IMG/VR virus record: IMGVR_UViG_3300022555_000013
Source of the DNA: an uncultured virus (IMG/VR IMGVR_UViG_3300022555_000013)
Lineage: Duplodnaviria; Heunggongvirae; Uroviricota; Caudoviricetes
Reading direction: 5' to 3' (one strand)
Length of the DNA stretch: 64,000 bases
A program made the translations under genes and the position numbers. Below are positions 10,356 through 20,584 of this stretch, in pieces. Numbering within the stretch: position 1 is the stretch's first letter; each line of letters begins with the position of its first letter. The notes under the pieces were generated by a model, which was not told where the DNA came from, did not search any database, and saw nothing but the letters and a program-made list of their open reading frames with translations.

Positions 10356-10451
10356 ACATAGCCTCAGTGTTTTTGCTGGTCTATATATTAAAAACTTAAA
10401 CAAAAAAATCTTTTTGATATATATAACCCACACGAAAAACAAATATATCGT

Positions 10452-13400
10452 ATGGTACCAAGCAAAACAATAGAAGAAAGATTTAAAAAATTAACCCCCA
10501 AAGAACATATCCTGAAAAAACCAGGTATGTATATTGGAAACATTTACACTGAACCAACTAAATTGTTTGTTTTTGAAGATATTAATGACCTTAAAAGTAA
10601 CAAATTTGCTTATAAAGTAGTTGATTATAATGCTGGATTTTGCAAATTATACGATGAAGTTCTGACCAATGCATCTGACCATTATATTCGTACAGGTAAA
10701 GTAAAATATATTAAAATAGATGTTGAACGGGATCATATTGTTATTGAAAACGATGGACCAGGAATTCCAATCGAAATGCATAAAGAACACAATATATACG
10801 TTCCAGAATTGATTTTCGGAAATTTGCTTTCTGGTGAGAATTTTGACGAAAATGAGAAAAGAATGGTCGGTGGAACCCATGGATTGGGTGTAAAGCTCTC
10901 TAATATTTTTTCTACCAAATTCATTATTGAAACTGCGGATGGAAAAAACAAATACAAGCAGACGTTCATAAACAATATGGATAAGAAGACCAAACCAGAA
11001 ATTTCCAAATCCAATAGAAATTATACGAGAATTACATTTTATCCAGATTTTAAGAAATTTGATATGGTTGAAATATCAGACGATGTTCAATCAATATTAC
11101 TCAAACGAGCAATTGATATTGCAGCCTACAACCCAGACGTTAAAGTCTATTATAATAAAACACTCATTCCAATCAAAACGTTTAAAGATTATGTTAAAAT
11201 GTTTTTAACTGATGATGAAGAATTGTTTTACGAAAGATTGAATGATAACTGGGAAGTTTGTGTCGCCAAATCCCAAAATGATATGTTCCAACAAGTATCA
11301 ATGGTAAATGGGGTATCTACAATAGTTGGTGGAACTCACGTGAATTTCATTTCAAATCAAATTGTTAGACTACTTGGCGAAAAAATAGAAAAAACAAACA
11401 AAGGCGTTAATGTTAAACAAAACATGATCAAAAGTCATTTGTTTTTATTTTTAAACTGCCGCATAACAAACCCAGAATTTGAAACTCAAAGTAAAGAAAA
11501 TCTAACTTCCAAGCTTGGAAACGATATTATAAACAACCTTGAGTTATCTGAAGCCTTCATAAAAAAATTAGCAACATCAGAAATAAAAAACGATATTGTA
11601 AACTTTGCTACAATAAAGGAGTTTCAGGAAGCCAAAAAACAGACTTCCCAGAACGGTCAGAAGGCTAAGGTCAAAATAAACAAGCTGGATGACGCTAATA
11701 AGGCTGGTAAATCACCAGATAGTATGAGGTGCCAACTTTTCTTAACAGAAGGTGATTCAGCGGCATCGACCGCTAAAAGAGGTCGATCCATTATTGGGAA
11801 TGACTACTTTGGAATATTCCCATTAAAGGGTAAGCCAATGAATGTTCGAAACATATCACTTCAGAAAATGAGGGATGATGTTGAAATTGATAGTATCATC
11901 AAAGCCCTTGGACTTGAATTTGGTAAAAAATATAACACAACCAGAACTTTAAGATATGGTAAAGTTGTAATTATGAGTGATATGGATACTGATGGTAGCC
12001 ATATAAAGGGGTTAATTGTGAACTTATTTGACACATACTGGCCCGAACTTCTGGAACTTGATTTTGTATATGAATTCATTACCCCATTAATAAAAATTAA
12101 GAAGGGGTTTGGTGCCAGTGCCCGTATAAAGTATTTCTATCGAATGAAAGATTACAAAAAATGGAAAGATGATAATAAAGAAGGTGGCTGGTTCATAAAA
12201 TATTATAAAGGTTTAGGTACAATCGAACCGCATGAAGCTAAGCTATTCTTTAAGGATTTAGCAAAACATCTCATCCGTTTTAATCCATCAGCAAAATTTG
12301 CCGATGATAGAAATATGGTCGATTTAGCTTTTAATAGTAAACGTATTGAAGACCGTAAAAAATGGCTACTTGGATATAAACCTACTCAAGAACTGGACAA
12401 ATTTACAACCAAACAAACATATGAATCATTTTTCAATAATGAATTTATTGAGTTTAGTATGGCTGACAATGTTCGGTCTATCCCGAATGTAATGGACGGA
12501 CTCAAGCCATCACAAAGAAAGGTTCTTTACACCCAATTCAAAAGAAACTTCAAAGATGAAGTTAAAGTTGAGTTATTTATGGGTAGTGTGCTTGAAATAG
12601 CGGCATATCACCACGGGCCTGCTTCATTAGAGCAAACCATTATTGGGATGGCTCAAGATTTTGTTGGATCAAACAATATCAATTTATTAGACCCAGTTGG
12701 TGAATATGGTACCAGATCAAAGGGTGGTAAAGATGCATCTGCCAGCCGATATATTTTTACCAAATTAAACAGTGTCACAAGGGACATATTTAAAAGTGAC
12801 GATGATAGTATTTTAGAATATATGGTTGATGACGGATATATTGTTGAACCAAAATATTATGTTCCGATTATTCCAATGGTATTAATAAATGGCTCTGATG
12901 GTATTGGCACTGGTTGGTCAAGTTATGTTCCGCCATGCAACCCAAATGATGTCATTACTTATATTGAAAATAAGCTTAAAAACAAGAAGAATATCAAACT
13001 ACTGCCTTGGTTCAAAAATTTCAAAGGTGAAACTATATATGATAATGAAAAGCAAAGATATGTTACTAAAGGCATTATTGAAAAATTGGACAGGACGAAG
13101 GTTAAAATAACGGAATTGCCAATTTATACATGGAACGATAGTTATTATTTATTCTTGGATAAATTAATAAAGGATGGTGTTATTCGTGATTACGATAAAT
13201 ATTGCAATGACAGTGACGTTAATATCGTGGTGAGCATGGCTGAAGAAAATCTATCCATGATGGATCATAACACGCTTATAAAGCAGTTTAACTTGGAAAG
13301 CTATCTGAGCATGTCTAATATGAATTTGTTCGACACAAGCGGTAAAATACACCTCTACAGCGATCATTATGAGATTATAGATAGCTTCATTAAAATCAGA

Positions 13401-13757
13401 CTGGAAACCTATGATGCCAGAAAAAAATATTTACTTGATAAACTTGAGGAAAATAAGAAATTTCTGATCAATAAAATGAAATTTATAAACTTAGTACTGA
13501 AGAAAGAAGTCACCTTTGAAAATAAATCCAAGGATAACATCATCAAGCAAATTGAATCCCATGGAATTGAACAGCATAAGGGCGATTTTGAATATCTTTT
13601 GAACATTTCTCTTATTTCATTATCCAAAGAACGGCTGGAAGAACTAAAAGCATCATACAACAAAGTTAAGTTGGAGATCGAAAAGATTACATCCACCACA
13701 ATAACAGATATGTGGCTTACCGATCTTAATGAGCTGAAAAAAAGGTTAGAAAAATGA
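10452..13757 (+). CDS. type IIA DNA topoisomerase, single polypeptide (ATPase+TOPRIM+breakage-reunion)
   Basis: GHKL EVLTNASD and GGTHGLGVK; TOPRIM TEGDSA, PLKGK, DMDTDGSHIKGL; YYKGLGT; DGLKPSQRK; YHHG; catalytic SRY. Confidence 0.96.
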   Translation: MVPSKTIEERFKKLTPKEHILKKPGMYIGNIYTEPTKLFVFEDINDLKSNKFAYKVVDYNAGFCKLYDEVLTNASDHYIRTGKVKYIKIDVERDHIVIENDGPGIPIEMHKEHNIYVPELIFGNLLSGENFDENEKRMVGGTHGLGVKLSNIFSTKFIIETADGKNKYKQTFINNMDKKTKPEISKSNRNYTRITFYPDFKKFDMVEISDDVQSILLKRAIDIAAYNPDVKVYYNKTLIPIKTFKDYVKMFLTDDEELFYERLNDNWEVCVAKSQNDMFQQVSMVNGVSTIVGGTHVNFISNQIVRLLGEKIEKTNKGVNVKQNMIKSHLFLFLNCRITNPEFETQSKENLTSKLGNDIINNLELSEAFIKKLATSEIKNDIVNFATIKEFQEAKKQTSQNGQKAKVKINKLDDANKAGKSPDSMRCQLFLTEGDSAASTAKRGRSIIGNDYFGIFPLKGKPMNVRNISLQKMRDDVEIDSIIKALGLEFGKKYNTTRTLRYGKVVIMSDMDTDGSHIKGLIVNLFDTYWPELLELDFVYEFITPLIKIKKGFGASARIKYFYRMKDYKKWKDDNKEGGWFIKYYKGLGTIEPHEAKLFFKDLAKHLIRFNPSAKFADDRNMVDLAFNSKRIEDRKKWLLGYKPTQELDKFTTKQTYESFFNNEFIEFSMADNVRSIPNVMDGLKPSQRKVLYTQFKRNFKDEVKVELFMGSVLEIAAYHHGPASLEQTIIGMAQDFVGSNNINLLDPVGEYGTRSKGGKDASASRYIFTKLNSVTRDIFKSDDDSILEYMVDDGYIVEPKYYVPIIPMVLINGSDGIGTGWSSYVPPCNPNDVITYIENKLKNKKNIKLLPWFKNFKGETIYDNEKQRYVTKGIIEKLDRTKVKITELPIYTWNDSYYLFLDKLIKDGVIRDYDKYCNDSDVNIVVSMAEENLSMMDHNTLIKQFNLESYLSMSNMNLFDTSGKIHLYSDHYEIIDSFIKIRLETYDARKKYLLDKLEENKKFLINKMKFINLVLKKEVTFENKSKDNIIKQIESHGIEQHKGDFEYLLNISLISLSKERLEELKASYNKVKLEIEKITSTTITDMWLTDLNELKKRLEK

Positions 13758-13762
13758 ATATT

Positions 13763-14014
13763 TTACTTTATAAAAAGGTAATAAAACAAATAAATAACCC
13801 CAGAAAAAATTGCAAGATTGAAAATGAAGATAAATAATCCTTCAAATGCATAGGCAACCACATATCCTATCCTTAAAACAGCGAAAAGAATTAATGGTGC
13901 CCAGACTTGCCAGCTACTCCACCCCCAGCTAACAAAGTCAAAGGCTTTGGCTGCGACAAGTAAGATTTGAATAAGAACCAGTGTGCTGTAAAAAAATTTT
14001 GAAATTGTTTCCAT
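13763..14014 (-). CDS. small membrane protein (likely start METISK)
   Basis: About three hydrophobic segments; GGAGG upstream of the internal ATG. Confidence 0.65.
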   Translation of the reverse strand: METISKFFYSTLVLIQILLVAAKAFDFVSWGWSSWQVWAPLILFAVLRIGYVVAYAFEGLFIFIFNLAIFSGVIYLFYYLFIK

Positions 14015-14164
14015 TGGAACCTCCTTATATTTTGTGATAAGACTTTTTAAGTTTTTCGATCTGAGCTTCGAGAGCCTCAGGTCAAATTTTTTAGTTGTTA
14101 CATATTTACTTGTTGATGGTGCTTCTGGAAGCCCACTCCACATCTGGCGGTGGTTTAAGTCGTC

Positions 14165-14440
14165 TCATATCCATTTAAATGTTTGAACCATTTCATTTAC
14201 ATTTTTCTTTTTTCCGTTATATTCACCAGTGATAAGCATCCCCATGCGGGATACAAATTTATAGGTTCTACCCCTGAACTGGAATTCAAATGAACCTGTC
14301 ATTTCATCGGTTACAACTTCTGACGGCTCAGACTGTAGCAATTCTTTCAAATGATTCACTTCGAAATCATCTGTTTTGCGAAGTTGATTTTGTATACGTT
14401 TCGCAATTTTGGGGTCGAGATACTCATTTATTGGGGTCAT
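14165..14440 (-). CDS. hypothetical protein
   Basis: 91 aa in the TAnnTTTG-driven cluster. Confidence 0.65.
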   Translation of the reverse strand: MTPINEYLDPKIAKRIQNQLRKTDDFEVNHLKELLQSEPSEVVTDEMTGSFEFQFRGRTYKFVSRMGMLITGEYNGKKKNVNEMVQTFKWI

Positions 14441-14447
14441 AGTTCAA

Positions 14448-14630
14448 TTATTTAAATGGATATTCTGGGGTATCTTCCTGTTCCATCGCAGTTTGCCTAC
14501 GCAATTCGGCTTCTTCAGACTGAAGTGTTTGTTCTTGCTGATACACAAAATCAAGATAATCAGCTTCCAAATTTGCATCTGTATTGCGATTTTCTTCTTC
14601 CTGATTTACAATTTCGCTATCTTTTTCCAT
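14448..14630 (-). CDS. small acidic early protein (start MEKDSEIV)
   Basis: Very acidic; TATATTTG at 14652-14659 lies just upstream of this ATG. Confidence 0.6.
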   Translation of the reverse strand: MEKDSEIVNQEEENRNTDANLEADYLDFVYQQEQTLQSEEAELRRQTAMEQEDTPEYPFK

Positions 14631-14815
14631 GGTTATAAATGTTTTAGAGTGCAAATATACAAAACTATTTCGAATAAAAAAAATTTTGGTGCTAAATATA
14701 AATTTTAAATGCTCAACAAAGATATAAAACATATACGAGAAAAAAAAAATTTAGTCAAAATTTTATTTAAACTAAATATAAATAAGAGTATATAAAATAA
14801 AAAACAATCTCATAT

Positions 14816-16042
14816 ATGAAATTTAAAGTTCTCGTTTTATCTTCCGATAACGATGGTGTCGGATATTATCGTGTTTTAAACCCACACATCTGTCTAAGTG
14901 ATCCAGATATTCATGTAGATGTTAGGCTTTTGAGTGATAGCACACTTCCACTTGGTGATGAAAATTTTGTATCACAATACAAAATTATATTCTACAATAA
15001 ATCATTACCTTTTCAAAATCAAGATATGAAATTTCATTTTGATAGTATTATTAGAAAATACAACATCAAACTTGTCTATGATACTGATGACTATTGGATT
15101 TTAACCAATTCACATCCAAATTATAGAATGTGGAAAGATACAAATGCTGATAAAATAATTCAAAATGAAATTATGAGTGTAGATGCAATTACTACAACAA
15201 CTGAATTTCTTGCCAAAAAAATTAGAGAACTTAATCCAAACGTAACTATTATTCCGAATGCCGTAAATTTAAAGGAACAACAATGGGTATCCAACAAAAG
15301 ACCTTCTAATAAAATAAGATTTTTGTGGGGTGGCGGAATTACACACATGGTTGATTTAAGACTTTTACAAGAATCATTTGAAAAATTAGATAAAACATTT
15401 TTAGCAAACACCCAATCATACCTTTGTGGGTATGATCTTAGGATGAATACTCCAGTTGGAATGAAAATAGATGATTCACGCAGAAGCACATGGACATTTT
15501 TTGAATCTATCTTCACAAACAATAGGAAATGGTTAACATCCAAGAATAATCCAACATATTCGATGTGGTTGGATAAAGCAGAAGATAACGGTCGGGATAA
15601 CTATGGGTTTAAAGAAGAATATAAAGATGAATTTTATCAACGAAGATGGACAAAACCAATCTTATTGTACGGAACAATGTATAATGATGCTGATGTTGTA
15701 CTTTCACCATTAAAAAACAATACAGCATTCAATCAGGTTAAAAGCCAATTGAAAGTTATCGAAGCTGGTGCTCATCACTGCCCAATAATATGTAGTAACT
15801 ACGGGCCTTACACAATAGATGATATTGAAGGTAAAATTGACGGCAAACGTAAAGGATTTTTGGTTGATGAAGATAAAGACAGCAACCTTGCATGGTATGA
15901 GCATATGAAATATTATCTGGAGAATCCAGACAAAGTTAAAGAACATGGGGAAAATCTTCACGAATATATTCGATATAACTATGATATTGATGTTGTAAAT
16001 CAAAAAAGAATTGATTTATATAAAAAATTAGCAAATTCATAA
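14816..16042 (+). CDS. GT-B fold glycosyltransferase (GT4-like)
   Basis: GVGYYR, YDTDD, IIPNAV, FNQVKSQLKVIEAG; AAAC-N18-TATAAA at 14769-14796. Confidence 0.85.
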   Translation: MKFKVLVLSSDNDGVGYYRVLNPHICLSDPDIHVDVRLLSDSTLPLGDENFVSQYKIIFYNKSLPFQNQDMKFHFDSIIRKYNIKLVYDTDDYWILTNSHPNYRMWKDTNADKIIQNEIMSVDAITTTTEFLAKKIRELNPNVTIIPNAVNLKEQQWVSNKRPSNKIRFLWGGGITHMVDLRLLQESFEKLDKTFLANTQSYLCGYDLRMNTPVGMKIDDSRRSTWTFFESIFTNNRKWLTSKNNPTYSMWLDKAEDNGRDNYGFKEEYKDEFYQRRWTKPILLYGTMYNDADVVLSPLKNNTAFNQVKSQLKVIEAGAHHCPIICSNYGPYTIDDIEGKIDGKRKGFLVDEDKDSNLAWYEHMKYYLENPDKVKEHGENLHEYIRYNYDIDVVNQKRIDLYKKLANS

Positions 16043-16087
16043 TAAATTTCGTCTGGATATTCCAGATATTAAAAATTAAACTAATAA

Positions 16088-16471
16088 ATGGAAGATACAA
16101 ATGTTGTTATAAAAATTAATAAGCAATTGATAATAATGGTTTTTTATATAAATGTTCGTGGGTTAACAAGACAACGGGCTGAAGAACAAGTATATGAGTT
16201 AATGAAAAACCAGCATAGTCAGTTTGAAACACCAGAAATAATGGAGAATTACATAATTAGAACAATTTTCTTACCTGTCGAAGATAAAGAAAGTGATGTT
16301 AAGATAATCTATCCAGTATCAGGACAGAGTGAAAACGATGAAGTATTAGAATTTATAAAGGAATTAGAAGAAAAATTTTGTGATTCAATTGATAAAAATG
16401 CTAAAGAGATGGCTTCCTATTGGAAAAAAACTTATCGTGAAATGAAATTAAAAAAACTTAACGGTGCTTAA
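16088..16471 (+). CDS. hypothetical protein ending REMKLKKL
   Basis: 127 aa. Confidence 0.7.
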   Translation: MEDTNVVIKINKQLIIMVFYINVRGLTRQRAEEQVYELMKNQHSQFETPEIMENYIIRTIFLPVEDKESDVKIIYPVSGQSENDEVLEFIKELEEKFCDSIDKNAKEMASYWKKTYREMKLKKLNGA

Positions 16472-17190
16472 TGAAAAAATTAAAAATAGTTCAAATTGAA
16501 CTAACTAATCGATGCAATGCAACTTGCTCATATTGTCCACAACCAACTATGAAACGGAAAAAAATCGATATGACAAATGAAATATTCAATCGAACATTAG
16601 AAATTTTAGACAGAACTGATTATTGGCGAAATTTTGATAGGGATATTGTAGAATTGCACCATTTTGGGGAATCATTACTATTGGGTGATAGATTATTTTA
16701 TTTTCTCGATAGAATGGTAGAAGAAAACATACCTTGGAGCTTAAGTACAAACGGTATGCTGCTAAACAATACTGAATTTAATATAAAACTATTATCATAT
16801 AACGGTGTTTTGGAAATAAGTATTGAAAATATAAACAAAAAAGTCACATTAGAACAAAAATATGATATTGTAAATAACTTTTTAGCTCTTCACAAGAAAT
16901 TAAATTCCAAACTAACTATATTATTAATAACGTTTGGTAATGTAGATTTTTCTCAAATAACTGGCTGCGCTGGAATTTCAAACTATAAAATACACAGTTG
17001 GGGTGAAACTGGAAAGGATGGAGTTCCGTACTGTAAATTTCTATCGGATAATTATTTCTCAGTTCATAGTGATGGAACTATTGTAGGCTGTTGCTTTGAT
17101 GCTGAATATGAAACCAATTATGGTACTGTGTTTGAACCAACGTATGAGAAAAATAAAATTTGGAGAAAGTGCAATACATGCATAGGATAA
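16471..17190 (+). CDS. radical SAM protein with SPASM/twitch C-terminus
   Basis: CNATCSYC (CxxxCxxC), FGES, STNG, C...DGTIVGCC...CNTC. Confidence 0.88.
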   Translation: MKKLKIVQIELTNRCNATCSYCPQPTMKRKKIDMTNEIFNRTLEILDRTDYWRNFDRDIVELHHFGESLLLGDRLFYFLDRMVEENIPWSLSTNGMLLNNTEFNIKLLSYNGVLEISIENINKKVTLEQKYDIVNNFLALHKKLNSKLTILLITFGNVDFSQITGCAGISNYKIHSWGETGKDGVPYCKFLSDNYFSVHSDGTIVGCCFDAEYETNYGTVFEPTYEKNKIWRKCNTCIG

Positions 17191-17204
17191 AAATAACATA
17201 AAAA

Positions 17205-18194
17205 ATGAATAACTTAGATATACAACATAAACAATTAATTGAAAAAATCTTAAAAGATGGTGAAAACAAGCTGGATCGGACTGGTGTTGGAACAAGATCA
17301 ATTTTCGGGCACCAGATGCGATTTAAAATGACAGATGGATTTCCCCTGCTTACATTAAGAAAGATTCACACAAAGAGCCTAATACACGAAATTTTGTGGT
17401 TCTTATCAGCATATGATGATAAATATAAGAAGTTCCGCAACACAAATATTCGATACTTGGTTGATAATGGAGTGACATTTTGGACAGACTGGCCCTTAGC
17501 TAATTATAATAAATATAATTCACCATTGAGTCAAAAGGAATTTGAAAAAAGAATCATGGAAGATGATGATTTTGCGTTGCAATGGGGGGATTTAGGACCA
17601 GTTTACGGTAAGCAATGGCTTAATTTCAGTGGAGTAAATCAAATTGACGAAGTAATTAATCTTCTAAAAAACGATCCAGATAGCCGTAGAATTATTCTTA
17701 ATGCTTGGAACCCACCAGAAATTCCGCATATGATGCTTCCACCATGCCATATGTTTTTTCAATTATATTCATTTGATATGGGAGAAGATGAACGGTTCTA
17801 TTTCTTCACTAAAGATAGAGTAACTTATAAAAAGGCTCACAAAAGCATAAGTTCATGCTTTCCAAAAAGAAGGCTTGATATGCAATTATACATCAGAAGC
17901 CAAGATGTTTATTTAGGTCAACCATTTAATATTGCAGAATACGCATTATTACTTCATATGCTTGCACAAGTTACAAATATGGTGGCTGGGAATCTGATAT
18001 ATACAATCGGTGATGCTCACCTTTACACGAACTCAATTGATGCTGCCAAAACAATTTGTACTCGAACTGGATATGATCTATCCAAATTGGTTTTAAATAA
18101 GAAGATAAAAAATATTTACGATTTTAGGTTTGACGATATTCAAATAGAAGATTACAAAAGCCACAACAACATATATGTTAAAGTTGCGGTTTAG
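17205..18194 (+). CDS. thyA: thymidylate synthase
   Basis: DRTGVGT, FPLLT, EILWF, LGPVYGKQW, PDSRR, LPPCH, RSQD, PFNIA, GDAHLY, ends VAV. Confidence 0.97.
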   Translation: MNNLDIQHKQLIEKILKDGENKLDRTGVGTRSIFGHQMRFKMTDGFPLLTLRKIHTKSLIHEILWFLSAYDDKYKKFRNTNIRYLVDNGVTFWTDWPLANYNKYNSPLSQKEFEKRIMEDDDFALQWGDLGPVYGKQWLNFSGVNQIDEVINLLKNDPDSRRIILNAWNPPEIPHMMLPPCHMFFQLYSFDMGEDERFYFFTKDRVTYKKAHKSISSCFPKRRLDMQLYIRSQDVYLGQPFNIAEYALLLHMLAQVTNMVAGNLIYTIGDAHLYTNSIDAAKTICTRTGYDLSKLVLNKKIKNIYDFRFDDIQIEDYKSHNNIYVKVAV

Positions 18195-19804
18195 GCTGAT
18201 CTGGCAAGCTGACGTTTGATATCAGTCGAAATGTTTATATCCAACGTATTCAAATCAAGAATAATTTGCTTCAGTAGGCTTGCAGCAAGAATAATATCAG
18301 TGGTTGATGCAATATTATATCCATCAATCAAGCTTTTTATAGCTTTATATGAATCTTTCCTCATATTCAATACACCAGTGCTATTTATTTTTCTATCAAT
18401 TTTTTCAACTGATTTGGATATATTAATTTTATTATCCCTTACATAAATATCACTTTTTTCAGCAGTACTTAATAATGAGTCTGCACTATTGAAAGCACCA
18501 TTTATAACTGCAAGTCTGGTAATATAATTGGTATAGTTTGAATCGGCATTATCATACTCATTGTTTCTCAGTTTTTCGAATGCGGTATTAATATCATTGG
18601 TTAATCTAATTTTTTCGGCATTATAATCGATTTTAACCAACGAATTATCTTTCTTACCAATATTCATTTTAGTAAGCAAATTTCGCTTATTATTATAATT
18701 TTCATTTAACTTATCAAGTTCTGATATCTTAATACCAAAATTCTTATATTCACTTACAATTGAATTTATTTTGTATGTTTTATTCAAAAATGTTTTAAAT
18801 TTCTTATCAAAAATGGTTCGTGTCCCAATGAGATACTTTAGTCGTCTTTCTGTATATTCTTTACTGGTAAATTCAATTGTGTTGGTATCTGGAATTATGC
18901 CTTCTAAGTCGTTCATCAAATAATCACCGCAAAAATCATATTTATTTTTAAGAAAACTTTTAGCATTATTTATTGAAAAATGTACCCCACGAATTTCAGA
19001 TTTTGTAGTATTTATCAATTTCTTAACGTCAAGCATTCTATTATATAAATACTGAAGATGTGATTTATACTCTGGTAAATACGGTGATATCGATCTTAAA
19101 ACAAATAATTTATCATATCGATCCTGAATATTGCTTGTAAGTTCTACAGAATCATTAAATAGATCACTTTTTAATTGCTCAATGTTTGTTATAAGTATTT
19201 CTATCTCGATCCTTAAATCTTCAGCTTCTCTGCGTCTTTTTATTTCATGCTTTACAAAAAAATAAAATCCGATCAAAATAAATGCTACTATAAAAGAAAT
19301 TAAAATTCTACGCAGCCACATATTAATTATGGCTGAATCATATTTTTCTTTTATTTTTTTATATGCGATCATCATTTGATAATTGCCATGCCCAATCTTA
19401 TCTTGTATGGTAGTTAAAAATGTTACTGTACCATTAAACAAAACAGAATCATTAAAACTATTATTACCAATTTGCTTACATTCATCTTCTGTTATTAAAG
19501 AATTCAGACCAGAACCTGTAATGCATTGCCATTTTTTATCACCAGAAACAACCAGAAGAATACCAGTATTATGTGGATATCCAATATTCAAATTCCTAAA
19601 AGTATTCACATTTGAATTATTATCAATCTTCGAAACTACTAACACAAAAGTTTCAATGTGCGTATGTATCCAATAATTTAGCAATGACTGATTCAGCGTA
19701 TTTCTTTGATGATTGGTAAGCAATGAATCACAATCAATAACATAAGTTTGACTAAATAATACGGAAAATATAAATAAAAAAAATAATGTAAATAGTTTCC
19801 TCAT
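18191..19804 (-). CDS. signal-peptide/TPM-domain membrane protein with coiled-coil tail
   Basis: N-terminal signal; TPM-like NTGILLVVS...ITGSGLNSLITE; one TM helix; long helical tail. Confidence 0.65.
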   Translation of the reverse strand: MRKLFTLFFLFIFSVLFSQTYVIDCDSLLTNHQRNTLNQSLLNYWIHTHIETFVLVVSKIDNNSNVNTFRNLNIGYPHNTGILLVVSGDKKWQCITGSGLNSLITEDECKQIGNNSFNDSVLFNGTVTFLTTIQDKIGHGNYQMMIAYKKIKEKYDSAIINMWLRRILISFIVAFILIGFYFFVKHEIKRRREAEDLRIEIEILITNIEQLKSDLFNDSVELTSNIQDRYDKLFVLRSISPYLPEYKSHLQYLYNRMLDVKKLINTTKSEIRGVHFSINNAKSFLKNKYDFCGDYLMNDLEGIIPDTNTIEFTSKEYTERRLKYLIGTRTIFDKKFKTFLNKTYKINSIVSEYKNFGIKISELDKLNENYNNKRNLLTKMNIGKKDNSLVKIDYNAEKIRLTNDINTAFEKLRNNEYDNADSNYTNYITRLAVINGAFNSADSLLSTAEKSDIYVRDNKINISKSVEKIDRKINSTGVLNMRKDSYKAIKSLIDGYNIASTTDIILAASLLKQIILDLNTLDINISTDIKRQLARSA

Positions 19805-19822
19805 GAATCTATATATTATATT

Positions 19823-20464
19823 TTATTCTTGCTTGTCAAATTTCTTTATTGCATCGATAACATCATCATAATCTTTAAATTTTTCATACCACTCACTATA
19901 TGATAATGATCTGGTTTTAAAAAGTATATTCGCAGTTAATGCAATTTGCTGGGCAAGATTTTTTGCATATGGGTTTTCAGCCCAATTATGAAAAGATTCA
20001 TCAATTTTTTCTCTTAATTCATCCATTTCCAACTGAACCAACTTGTTTTTCCGCTGAGTGGTAATATCTGTACCAATAATTCCATCTAAGCTTTTTATAT
20101 CCTCCGAAAAAACGCTATTCCGTAGTGTGGTAATATATTTATTGATATTAGAATCAATGTATGATATAGTTTCCCATTCTATGATACACATCTTATTACA
20201 TCCAGAAACTATTGGATTAGATGAATCAAGATAAATACAGCCATTCCCTATCGTACCCATATAATTAGTTCTAAACTCAATTACAAAACTATCATTCTTA
20301 TAATTTGGGCTTTTATATTTAATTACCGAATTTGAACTTGAATATGTTACTGTCCACAGCTTAATATCTTGATCAACAGATTTTTTAAATAATTCAAGCA
20401 ATTTTATTTTTCTTACATTGTCGTCCAAAATGAAAATAGTGCTATCGTATGATGATTTTCTCAT
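19823..20464 (-). CDS. hypothetical protein
   Basis: 213 aa; AAAC-N18-TATAAT at 20483-20510; internal RKNKLVQL. Confidence 0.7.
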   Translation of the reverse strand: MRKSSYDSTIFILDDNVRKIKLLELFKKSVDQDIKLWTVTYSSSNSVIKYKSPNYKNDSFVIEFRTNYMGTIGNGCIYLDSSNPIVSGCNKMCIIEWETISYIDSNINKYITTLRNSVFSEDIKSLDGIIGTDITTQRKNKLVQLEMDELREKIDESFHNWAENPYAKNLAQQIALTANILFKTRSLSYSEWYEKFKDYDDVIDAIKKFDKQE

Positions 20465-20584
20465 AACATATTTTTTATTAAAATTATATCAAAAATAACA
20501 AACAAAGTTTGATAAAAAAAATTTGATTAAATGAACCTCACAACATTAATATATAAGATAAATTCAAAAAACAAAAGGATTCAA

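Noticed and set aside
10452..13757. Eukaryotic giant virus origin suggested by the fused topoisomerase
   Set aside because: Bacterial IF3 and S1, IS605 TnpB, T4-type primase and neck genes, coupled operons and intrinsic terminators indicate a bacteriophage.
14078..14104. Internal TTKKFDL in the track ORF 13763-14143
   Set aside because: Not followed by a stop and lies in a degraded region upstream of the likely true start, so it was not counted as a tag.
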